Shown here: positions 53,776 through 64,000 of the stretch, in pieces
Position numbering within the stretch: position 1 is the first letter of the stretch
Layout of the letters: the number at the start of each line of letters is the position of its first letter
Origin: Schmidtea nova
Lineage: Eukaryota
DNA length: 64,000 nucleotides
Reading direction: 5' to 3'
Assembly (NCBI GenBank): GCA_044892505.1
Contig: CM097882.1
Span: 513,918,001 to 513,982,000, forward strand
Notes under the pieces: model-generated
What the model was told of the DNA's origin: nothing
What the model saw: the letters and a program-made list of their open reading frames with translations, nothing else
The model's database searches: none
Made by a program: the position numbers and the translations under genes

Positions 53776-53819
53776 AGTAGGTAGATGTGTCCGGTCTAAA
53801 CCACTATGAGTTATCGCGC
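53776..53819 (-). repeat. Terminus of a Polinton-like element
   Basis: AGTAGG-N24-ATGAGTTATCGCGC, abutting the Gypsy integrase. Confidence 0.75.
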
Positions 53820-54286
53820 GTTTTTTGGCGCCATTTTTAAAGTGTGTTTTGTTTAAATGTTTGGATTTTTTTTTATTATCTTTATTTTATTATTAAATTA
53901 TTTCTTTTTTTTATTTAAATAATTTTTTTATTAATTTATTTTAATTAGTTATTTATTTTTTTTAAATATTATTAATTTACTTTTGTTAATATAATTTATT
54001 ATTGTTCTTATTTTTTTCAACACCTTCAATGATAAACGTTCAATGAAAGCACTCATCAAAATATTATAAGCATATAACAAAATGAGACAATTCTGCACAA
54101 CATAAAATTACTTAATCAAATACGATAAATATTAAACTAATTATTTATTATTATTAGTATTATTATTAATATTACTATTATTTCTATGACGTAACCATAG
54201 TTTCTAAAAATTATTACCCAAATTATAAAAACAGACTGAAACTAATCTGTACAATATATAACTAAATAATTAAAAAACAAAGTTCT

Positions 54287-55519
54287 TCAACAAATTTTAT
54301 TTAATAAAACTGTTTCTTCTTCAGTTTGATCTTGGAATTGGTGATCTGGATTGATTCTTGGATTGGTATGTTGAAATATAACCAAGTCACCTCCCATATA
54401 ATGGCCATATGCCAAGCTTTTATTTTTCGCCACCCATTTCCTTTTATCATCTGCGTTTGTCAGTGCAATCTTTTCATTTTTAATAGTAAAAAGTTGGTGA
54501 TTTTTACTTGTGATTCTCGTTTGGGGAACAGAAAATATTTGGTTATTATTAAAACAGTCCAGGTACGACTGATGCTTTATGTCAGTACCCGCTAATGTTG
54601 CCCCCTTAGCTTTATTAGTTTCCTCGTCACCTAAAAGACTATAACATTTAGGTCTAAGAAACACCCACTCCTCGTATTTAAGCCCTTTATTCTCGTCTTT
54701 GAACTTGCCAATGATGGGTGATTCGGATCATAATTAGAAGTGTCAAGTAAGTTATCTCTTATCATGGCCGGTAAAAGAATATCAAGCTTACAATTTCTAA
54801 TCTCAAGAAAAAACGAATCGGTGTCACCAGCAACGATGTTGATTTCGCAGTTGAATTCGTTACGTTATTTTTGTAACTCTTCATACTGCAGCTGGTACAT
54901 CCTAAGTTTAGATAGATCCAGTACAGTTTGACCAATGTAGCTGGGTCTATCCAAACACACCGATTCCTGATTCAGCAAGACGGCAACCAAATCATCGTCA
55001 ATTTCGAAAGTCCTTTTAAAAGTTGGCTTAGAAGTATATGTAATCAGCCTAGAAGCCGAATTACATAATCTTAAATTTTTGCGCTTTTTAAGATTCTCTA
55101 CGGTTTTACCGAAGAGACTATTATTTAATAATTTATAATAATTTTTACCCAGAGCATTACTTGATTCTGCTCTAAGTCTGGTATTGGTATCGATGTAATC
55201 CTTAAAAATACATGCTTGTTTAAATTTAATTGCCCTGTGGACATGAGTTATTTTTACTCCAAGAGAAAGAAAAAGTTTGAGAAGTCTCCAATGAAGAACA
55301 TAGTTCTTCTTGGAATAATGCGTAAGCATCAACTTCTCAACCTTTGAGCCAGGTGGACACATCTTTTCAGCGGCAACTGGCAAATCATCCAGCTTGTCGT
55401 GAATCGAATCAGGAATTTCTAAATCGACTTCTAATGTAAATCCAAATGTTAATACTTCTAAATCAGCACATTCACAGTAATAAATTATTTTATTTAATCT
55501 TTCCCTATCAGTTACCCTA
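54287..55519 (-). pseudogene. polB: pPolB C-terminal half
   Basis: LEVDLEIP, KLLNNSLFGKTVEN (motif B), AGDTDS (motif C), LRPKCYS, KAKG. Confidence 0.92.
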
Positions 55520-55539
55520 CTACCTAAATAAAATAACTT

Positions 55540-56260
55540 TTTTGAGTTTTCATTGTAATATTGTATAGATAAAGTTTAATTGTCTACAAAATGGCTTTAT
55601 TAGAATTCTGACGGTTGTCGTGTTTTGCGATGCACACGTGTTTTATTTTGAATTTTCAAATTTTTAACAATATAAAGTAAATTTATGTATTTTTCATTGT
55701 AATAAAGTATAAGTAAAATTTAATTTCCTATAAAATGGCTTGATTCAAAATCTAAACGTTGTCGTTTTTCGTGTTACACACGTGTTTTGTTATTAATTTT
55801 CGCATTTTAAGCTATCTAAAGTAACTTTAGTGAGTTTTCATTGTAATACTGTAGAGATAAAATTAAATTTTCTACAAAATGACTTTATTAGAAATCTGAA
55901 GGTTGCCGGTTTTCGTGTTGCACTCGTGTTTTATTTTGAATTTTCAAATTTTTAACAATATAAAGTAACTTTATGTATTTTTCATTGTAATAAAGTATAA
56001 ATAAAATTTAATTTCATTTAAAATGGCTTGATTAGGAAATTAGTTTGTTAGTGTGTTTGTAATACACACGTGTTTTGTAAGTAATTTTGCATTTTTCGTC
56101 TATATAAAGTAACTTAAATAAGTTTTCATTGTAAAACTGTAGACATAAAATTTAATTTTCTACAAAATAGCTTTATCAAAAATTAGGTATATCGATATGT
56201 TTGTGATGCACACGTGTTTTGTAATAAAATACTGGATTTTCTCGGCTATTTAGCATAGAT
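55540..56260 (+). repeat. Five-unit 144-bp tandem array with a CACGTG core
   Basis: cac(a/t)cgtg at 55633, 55777, 55921, 56065 and 56209. Confidence 0.9.
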
Positions 56261-56777
56261 TTATTGAATATTTATTGTAATCATGTGTAGATATAATTTA
56301 ATTTTCTATCATATACTAATGAAAATTATAAAAGTTTTGTGTGTTATTGACAATTCTAATGTATTTTATCAAAATTAATTAAAATACTTTTTATAACCGA
56401 CGTAATTATTGAAATGTAATATAATTTAGATGTAATTCACTGAAATATTTAGTCTAATATATTTTAATCATATGACATGCATGCAATTCATTGATATATT
56501 TTATAACTTTGATGTGTATTATAATTTGTTGAAATAACTTTTAGTTTTTTAAAATACTGCAACGTAATATATATTTAGTCATAATTCTCTATCATTTCTC
56601 TTTTTGATGATAATAATACCTTTACTGCCTCTTACTTGATTCTGATTGGATGATAAGAATAAATTTCCTAGCCCTTACTCGATTTTTATTGATCAAAGGT
56701 TATGTGTGTAATAACTTTGATATATAAACAATACTTTTTCATTCATTATTCACTTTAACAAATAATAAACATTAAAA

Positions 56778-59700
56778 ATGAACATTATAACAAGTTTTAT
56801 GAATGAAAACCCAAGTGGAAAAGAAAATGGTAAATTTGTTTTTTAATTTATTATCATTTAGTATTAATTTAGGTAATATCAATAATTCAATTGGGAAATC
56901 GATGTTAGAAAATGCGGAAGAAAATGGTACTTGATCATTAACTTAGTAAATTATTTAATTTTTACTTTAGGTGATGTAAATATGACTGGACAAACTACCG
57001 TACAAGCTGAGATTGTTAATAATGAGAATATTAGGAATAATGGAGTTATACCTGATGTGGTATTGAATGTCCAATGTAAGTATTGATTAATTTTAATTAA
57101 TTTGATTAACTTTTAATTAATTTGATTAACTTTTAATTAATTTAGTAAATAAATATAGTAAAATATTTGTAAATATATAATTTTGGTAATATTTTGTAAT
57201 AATTTAAATAATCTTTACTTTACGTAAACATTTAATTTAAACAAATTCCTTTAATATTATTTTGTAATAAGTTTTATATTAAATTTAAATTATTTTAGTA
57301 ATTATTATATTTAAATCATATTTATCTTAAATTTCATATTTATTTTCTAATAATTCATATTTTTATTAATTTATTTTAATGATTTTTTGATAAATTTAAA
57401 GATATTTCATATTAAGGTAAATTTTATGCGAATTATTGTAAGTCGTCAAGTCATAACGACTGCCACAAGTTAATGGAGCGATAGTATCGTCTTATAAATA
57501 ACCAAGTCACCTTCTATTTGTGTCCCACCTGTAAGAGCGCCCAAAATAACACATACATTGATTTTTATTTCCAACATTATCTCCATTTAAATCAATTCTC
57601 ATGCACTAAGAAAAGTCTTTTCGCATTAATTAATAAATGTAAACGACGAAATGTTACTGTTTGTCCTAAACCGGCTAAAATAAATGTAATATCTGATGAT
57701 GAAGATGTCCATTCATCAAATGACGATGTTTTAGTTATTCCTAATTTACATGTTGTCCAATATGGCGGTTCTGTTGAACCTTTGGTTAAATATAATTTGA
57801 AAAAATCTCATGCCATTGTTAAAATGGATGTGGATTCTTTAAATTTAAATTAATTAATTATTCCTTCACCTTTATTAAATAAATTTAATTCAGTTATTTC
57901 TAAAATGGGGTATGTAAAAGTTCAATTCTGCATTGATGTAGAATTTGAAAAGAATAAGCAATTTCAATCTTTTATAATATCAAATTCTGCAAAACCAATG
58001 AGTGATACCTTCTTAGATGAAGGTATTGCTCTATTAAGTGAAAAAATGACTAAAGTCTGCGAAAATGGCAGCAATTGGTCAATTAATAAAATTAAAGAAA
58101 TAAGCTTTAAACTTACAAAATATTCGCAAATAAGTAGATTGAGCGGTAAAGGTTCTTGTTCAACTCCACCATCATTAAATGCAAAACGTTGCACTGTCAA
58201 TGTTAAAAATACTGATAACTTGTGTTTTATATATAGCATCTTGGCTATTTTAAAATACGATGATGTAGATAGCAATCATCGAAATAGAGCATCTAATTAT
58301 AATCCCTCAAACCTTGTGTTTGATTCTTCTGATTTTCCAATGAAATTATGTAATATACCCAAATTTGAAGCGAAAAACCCGGGGTTGGCAATAAATATCC
58401 TTTCATATGACGAGTATGATCTAAATAATATTAATGAGGATGAGGAAGTCATGAAACATCCATTTGTAGATATTATTCATAGGTCAAAGGTTTTAGGTGG
58501 CACTCCAATTAATTTGATTTTGTTAGAGGAAAATGACTCTTTTCACTATATAGGAGTTACCAATCTTGACAGGCTTTTGAACTGTGACACTCTTTCTGTT
58601 ACTGATGTTAGGATAAGATGTAATTGGTGCGAGCGTTGTTTGAATGGATTTAGATTGACTGAAGCTTTTGAGAAACATCAGGCTTTATGCACAAAAAACC
58701 AGTTAAGTACAACTTTGTACACTTTGCCTTCAGTTAAGAATTTGGAATTTAAAATTGGTCAAAAATTGTTACCCCTCCTTTCGTTGTATATGCCGATTTT
58801 GAGGCTGTTTTACTCAAGGACGATAAGTATTTTCAACGCCACTTGCCTATTTCTGCTGGCTTGTTGCTTATTAATAACTTTACCGGCGAAAAATCGTATA
58901 AAAGCTTTTATGGTCTTAACTGTGTAGAAGAGTTTTTGACTGAAATCAATGATATAGGAGAAAAAGTAGTTTTACCTTACTTTATAAATAATTCCAAAAA
59001 GAAAATGGAATATCTTTCTCCTGCACAAATAAGATCATTTCGTAGTTCTATAATTTGTTATTTGTGTAATAAACCTTTGAAAAATCCAGTTAAAGATCAT
59101 GACCATTATACAAGTAAATACTTGGGTGCAGCTTGCTCTAAATGCAATTTTTCTTGGCAAATAAGATTCGTCATGCCAGTCATATTTCATAATTTACGTG
59201 GATATGATTTGCATCATATCCTCAAGTATGGTTTAAATAAATTCGATAAATGGAATATAAGTTGTATTCCTACTACAAGTGAAAAGTTTTTGACTTTATA
59301 TGCAAGAGTCGATAGTTTAACTATTAAATTTATCGATTCTTGCCAATTCGTAAGCTCCAGCTTAAACGATGCTGTAAAGACTTTAACAGATTTTCCTCTT
59401 ACTTCATCCGAATTTATAGGGACTATAGTTACTTCCAAAGGCATATTCCCATATAATTTTGCAACTTCTTTAGAGGTTTTACAAAATACATACGAGTTGC
59501 CACCGATTTGGGAAGGAGTTAATATCGACGAGTATGAAAAAGCTCAACAGATATGGGATGAATTTAATTGTGAAACATTGTTTGATTATATTATGCTATA
59601 TCTGAAATTGGATGTTTTCTTACTTGCCGACTTTTTTCAGCAATTTAGGGCAAAATCCATTGCACATAACCGACTTGAGCCTCTTAATTTCTTGAGAATT

Positions 59701-59917
59701 CCAGGCATGTCATGGAATTCAGCTTTGATGACTTTGAAATCTCCTATCGAGTTGCTTCAAGATATGGAGATGTATAATTTTTTCGAAGGGGGATCCGTGG
59801 TGGGTTAACATTTGTTAACAAACACCATGTAGTATCCTCCGACGACACTGAGCTTCTTTATATAGATATAAAGCTTTTATATGGTTGAGCCTTAAGCCAA
59901 AATCTACCTTATAAAGA
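56778..59917 (+). pseudogene. polB: pPolB N-terminal half with three short spliced leader exons
   Basis: Exons 56778-56829, 56873-56926, 56971-57075 and 57417 onward, all joined by phase-1 introns; stops at 57482 and 57851; frameshifts near 58750 and 59795; reaches LLYIDI...YG*ALSQNLPYK. Confidence 0.9.
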
Positions 59918-60079
59918 TGCTGGGTTCATGGAGGGGTTAGATGAAAAATGTTCTAACGATGACTAGGGATCCCTCATCCATGATCATGCATAAAATGTGC
60001 AACTATACACTCAAGCGCCCTTGATTATTTCCCTGGATAATCATATTTGTGATGCGCAGGGTGGTTAAACAATGATGGG

Positions 60080-60146
60080 CAGGTGAGCACCATTGCTAGT
60101 AATACTCCCCATTTATGTTTACGGGTTCATTGCTGCCGTTAGAAGG
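60080..60146. other. Conserved element C (copy 4), downstream of the minus-strand ORF-B
   Basis: Reverse complement reads CCTTCTAACGG...GAACCCGTAAA...GCTCACCTG. Confidence 0.75.
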
Positions 60147-60346
60147 ACTTACGCTTTAATGGTATGCTATGCAATTCACATAAACTCTGGAGAATTGGTC
60201 TTTATGGAAATTGTTTCCTTCCTTTACCGCATATAAAATTTGCATGAAGTTTTTAATTTGGTACCCTTATAATTATTTATTTACTTTAATTTTATTATTC
60301 AACTAAGTTAAGAAATAGCCAAAACGACAACAATTCTAAATTTCAT

Positions 60347-60943
60347 TTATTTTTCTATTAAGCTACTAAAAATTCCTTCTGGGGGGAATACTTCATTTAA
60401 TAATTCTTCCTCGGACAATTTGTGTAGAGCGTCGATCTGATTTTGCAGCTTCTGGGCGAAGAGTTTTCGCTGTCGGCGCCTTTTCTGTCCGATTCGCTTA
60501 CGCTTTTGATGCGTATTGACGATTTGAGTGGTAGGGTTGATTGGCGAATTTGGTTCGGTTCGGGTTTCGATAAGACCTTCGACGTCCGTACCGATCGAGG
60601 TCCCCGATATTTTCTCCGCCGTCCATTCCTGGTATGTGATTGGTCGAATTTGATCCTTTAACTCCCGTTCGATGTAGGAGGCCGTCACGGAATGAAGGCA
60701 TTTACGAAGCTCGATTTTTGTAGCTTCCCACTCCATTCTGTAATCATCCGCTGTTCGTTGTGCTCGCTCTGTTTTCCCAATCTGCTCCTTCATTCGAGCA
60801 GGAGCGAACCAACTTTTACGCAAATAGGCGATTTGCGCTTCCGCTTTGGATAAGCTCTCCTTGAGGGAACCCAATTCCTTATCCTGGGCTCTTCGAATTC
60901 GCCACATCTTCTCTATCTCTTTTTGGGCGGCTTCTAAATTCAT
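60347..60943 (-). CDS. ORF-B family member, intact 198 aa
   Basis: Uninterrupted ORF; coiled-coil N-half, SWFAPARMK, KRKRIGQKRRRQRK; ttctaattgtag|acATG. Confidence 0.8.
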   Translation of the reverse strand: MNLEAAQKEIEKMWRIRRAQDKELGSLKESLSKAEAQIAYLRKSWFAPARMKEQIGKTERAQRTADDYRMEWEATKIELRKCLHSVTASYIERELKDQIRPITYQEWTAEKISGTSIGTDVEGLIETRTEPNSPINPTTQIVNTHQKRKRIGQKRRRQRKLFAQKLQNQIDALHKLSEEELLNEVFPPEGIFSSLIEK

Positions 60944-61100
60944 GTCTACAATTAGAAAACCTTAAAATTTTATCTTTCTCATGTTAATATATTATTTAAA
61001 TTTAACAACATTCTGTAGAGACTCGATATAGAACACAATACGGAAACAAGATGAGTTATAATTCAAAACAACATTTATTATTATTTAATTGGAACAATTG

Positions 61101-61217
61101 TCATTGCCGGAAGAGAGAATGCAATTCTTGATTAATTGGGGCTGTACGAAGCCTGGCCCATGAAAATGGGGGTTGTTTATCTGCGCATTCCCTTCCGAAG
61201 GGCTTTCTCGGTATAAA
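61101..61217 (-). pseudogene. C-terminal 38 codons of ORF-A, cut by the hAT insertion
   Basis: ...SWARLRTAPINQELHSLFRQ* aligns with ISELRTKPISESLH of the 45-kb copy. Confidence 0.55.
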
Positions 61218-61218
61218 G

Positions 61219-64000
61219 TAGTGATTGCAAAAACGGTTACCCGATTAATCGATTAATCGACCAATTTTAGCAAACCAATTAATCGGTTTAACCGTCTTAA
61301 AAATCGATTATTCATATTTTACATTTTTTTCGATAATATTCTTTCCAAAATATTTCTAATCAAGAATTCCATAAAAATTTTCCGCGGAATTGTGCATTTA
61401 CATGAATTTTAATTTTTTTCCTACAATATTTCCAATGAATTTTGTAGAAAAAATTTTCCGTATAATTTTCTATACAAAATTTTTGTGTACAATATTTTTT
61501 TCAAATATATTTTTTTCGGCATTGAGTACAGTAGGCATAATTATTATTGTCAAAAATGTTTATTTGTAGTGTGAATTAGTAAAAGTATTGTTCTTGTGTT
61601 TTTAAATATACGTTCTTGTGTTTTTAAATATAAATATTAAATATTATAAAGTTAACGTTCTTGTGTTTTTAAATATAAATTTAATATTATACAATTTGCA
61701 GCAAATGTAAGTTTTAAGCATAAAAATCAAACATTATATTTGTATCAATATATGAAATTATTATTAGGGTATTAATTTAATTGTTTTATTTTTAGTTTTA
61801 AGATAAAAACTCTTGGTCTTCTTAATAATGGAATCAAATTTCCAACCAACTGAAAAAAACAAAACAAGCTCTGAGTTACACAATATATGGCATTTCTTCG
61901 AGTATAACAAAATCAATCAGTCAGCAAAATGTAAAAAATGCATGAAGGTGTTAAAGTGCTATGGTAGATCAACAAGTTCTTTGCATTCGCATTTAAAAAC
62001 TGCACACAGTATCAATGCCTTAAAAAGAACTACAACGGGTAAAAATTGTTTGGAAGTTGAATCTTCTTTCTGCTCTCAAAGCTCATCATTAACAAATTTT
62101 TTCCGAAATAAAACTGATGACTCTCTAGCAGCAATTATTTCAAGAATGACTGCGAAGGACGGGATTCCACTATCGATGTTTTGTACTTCGTCTGATTTAA
62201 GAAAACTTTTAATTGCAAAAGGGTTTCAGAATGTTCCTAAATCTCCCAACACAATAAGACGATTGATTGTTAGTTACTCAAAAAAAATACGAGATGAAGT
62301 TGTAAATGAAATATCGCACTATAAAGAGAGAGGTGGAAGATTCAGCCTCTCATTCGATGAGTGGACATCAAGTCGAAATAGAAGATACTTAAATATAAAT
62401 GCTCATTCAAATTGCGTAGGACAATTCTGGAATTTAGGTTTGGCCCGTGTTGTAGGAAGTTTACCCGCTGCAAAGTGTGTTGATCTTCTTTTGGAAAAGT
62501 TATGTGTTTTTAACATTTCAATGGAAAAAGATATTGTTTGCATAACCACAGACGGAGCCGCCGTCATGAAAAAGGTTGGAAGACTGATTCCTGTTTCGCA
62601 GCAGCTTTGTTTTGCGCATGCGATACAGTTAGCAGTCTTAGGTGTGTTATACCGTAATAACTCGTTTGATGTTGCTGAAGTGGAGGATTTACCCGAAAAC
62701 GAAGAAGATTCAACTGATGAAGATTCTGATGATAAAAATAGTAACAATCTGAACTACAATTTTGATGTAGTTATTGGCAATAAAGTAATTCCGATTTCTC
62801 ACCACCGACTCATGCCACTGATAGCAAAGGTACGCAAAGTAATCAGAATATTTCGGCTTTCTCCAACAAGAAATGACGATATATTGCAAAAGTACGTGAA
62901 AGCTGAATTTGGAAAAGAAATCATGTTGATTTTGGACTCAAAAACTCGATGGAACAGCCTACTGACTATGTTGGATCTTTTTTTAAAATTGAAATCAGCT
63001 ATTCAGAAAGCTTTGATCGATATTAAATCAAGTTATCTGTTTTCTGTAGATGAATTCAACCAGCTGTCCGAAACTGTTGCTACGCTTACTCCAATTAAAT
63101 TTGCACTCGAAGCTCTCTGCCGTCGAGATGCTAATTTATTGACTGCAGAAGCAACGTTGAAATTCCTGCTAAGCACGCTGGAAAAAATGAACTACAGTCT
63201 TGCAATTGAAATGAAGGATGCATTAGAATTACGAATTAAAGAAAGGCGGACCGATTTATCAGGTTTGTTGCAGTACTTGCACAGTGGTTATGCTAATACT
63301 TCCTCTTCAACCACTGACATATTTCCTGCTTTGAAGAAAAGCATAGTCAAGAAACTCTTATTGGATATGGTGCAACGATTATTTAAATCAGATAACGAAC
63401 CTGACGTACTGGAACAGCAACGCAGCGAGGAAGATATTGGTATGGAAGTATCAATAGTAGAAGAAACCGAAAACGAAGCTGACACAATCAAGCAACAAAT
63501 GCAACGAGCTATTGATAAGCATTTGGCTGTGCCTGAAAAACGAACCACTTTTTCTTACACTTCTTCAATAATCGAAAAAACTTTAAAACGTGAGCTTGCT
63601 CAGTTTGAAGATGGTGGACATCGCGGTAAATGGTTGGATCTCTGTTATAATACATTGAAATCAATTCCTCCTACAAGCGTGGAATCAGAGAGGGCATTTT
63701 CTGTATCAGGAAACTTCTGTACCAAACTCAGATCACCATTAAGTGATAAAACCATAGATGACTTATGCTTTCTACGTGGTCACTTCAATAAAATTTAGAA
63801 AACATGTCTTCACAATTTTTAAAATGAATTTTTTATTTATGTTTTGTTAATGAATTATATTTTTTTTCTTTTTTTTTAAATAAATATGATATATTCTAAA
63901 TTTAAAAACATGGTAAAATAAAAATATTTGCTAGAGGGAAATATTTCGACAAGAAATAATTTCACAAAACAATTCCTTTTAAAAAACCGATTAAAAACCG
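61219..64000 (+). mobile_element. hAT transposon running to the window edge
   Basis: Left end TAGTGATTGCAAAAACGG with ccgattaa subterminal repeats, which recur at the window end. Confidence 0.85.
61828..63798 (+). CDS. Intact hAT transposase with BED finger
   Basis: W...C..C...H....H BED finger; SFDEWTS, TTDGAAVM, CFAHAIQL, KTRWNS, PPTSVESERAFS; no stops. Confidence 0.93.
   Translation: MESNFQPTEKNKTSSELHNIWHFFEYNKINQSAKCKKCMKVLKCYGRSTSSLHSHLKTAHSINALKRTTTGKNCLEVESSFCSQSSSLTNFFRNKTDDSLAAIISRMTAKDGIPLSMFCTSSDLRKLLIAKGFQNVPKSPNTIRRLIVSYSKKIRDEVVNEISHYKERGGRFSLSFDEWTSSRNRRYLNINAHSNCVGQFWNLGLARVVGSLPAAKCVDLLLEKLCVFNISMEKDIVCITTDGAAVMKKVGRLIPVSQQLCFAHAIQLAVLGVLYRNNSFDVAEVEDLPENEEDSTDEDSDDKNSNNLNYNFDVVIGNKVIPISHHRLMPLIAKVRKVIRIFRLSPTRNDDILQKYVKAEFGKEIMLILDSKTRWNSLLTMLDLFLKLKSAIQKALIDIKSSYLFSVDEFNQLSETVATLTPIKFALEALCRRDANLLTAEATLKFLLSTLEKMNYSLAIEMKDALELRIKERRTDLSGLLQYLHSGYANTSSSTTDIFPALKKSIVKKLLLDMVQRLFKSDNEPDVLEQQRSEEDIGMEVSIVEETENEADTIKQQMQRAIDKHLAVPEKRTTFSYTSSIIEKTLKRELAQFEDGGHRGKWLDLCYNTLKSIPPTSVESERAFSVSGNFCTKLRSPLSDKTIDDLCFLRGHFNKI

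Noticed and set aside
60347-60943. ORF-B resembles hepatitis delta antigen in size and layout (coiled coil, Trp, Arg-rich patch)
   Set aside because: The similarity is compositional only. I saw no shared motif, no rod-like self-complementarity and no HDV-type ribozyme. An HMM search would settle it.
2518-63548. Many short ORFs in the track (for example 2518-2739, 4352-4918, 9799-10125, 12665-13045, 36769-37056, 47022-47315, 62403-62747)
   Set aside because: They are antisense shadows of real coding regions or low-complexity AT-rich ORFs, several with non-ATG starts.

Overview
This is an AT-rich eukaryotic window, with short GT-AG introns and metazoan-type transposons. It holds no intact host housekeeping gene, rRNA, tRNA or CRISPR array. 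It is a dense nest of mobile-element remnants, dominated by Polinton/Maverick (adintovirus-like) sequence. That includes five remnants of a protein-primed family-B DNA polymerase (pPolB) with an endonuclease-VII-like Cys/His module (one split into two halves by an inversion), two tandem minor-capsid (penton-like) genes, a small QxGxG protein, and three conserved AGTAGG termini. Two pPolB copies begin with spliced, Asn-rich leader exons behind a shared TATA element. An unannotated gene cassette recurs at five loci. It consists of ORF-A (about 170-210 aa, four loci), ORF-B (about 160-200 aa, coiled coil plus basic tail, five loci) and a conserved downstream element C (four loci). Almost every cassette ATG sits 0-8 nt after a splice acceptor, and element C reads like a conserved intron on the antisense strand. 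The rest is Gypsy LTR/gag/RNase H/integrase remnants, two MULEs, a mariner, a piggyBac, three hAT elements (one with an intact ORF), pogo/Tigger MITEs, tandem repeats and a 176-N gap. All alignments were made by eye; no database searches were run, and the source organism cannot be identified from the sequence.
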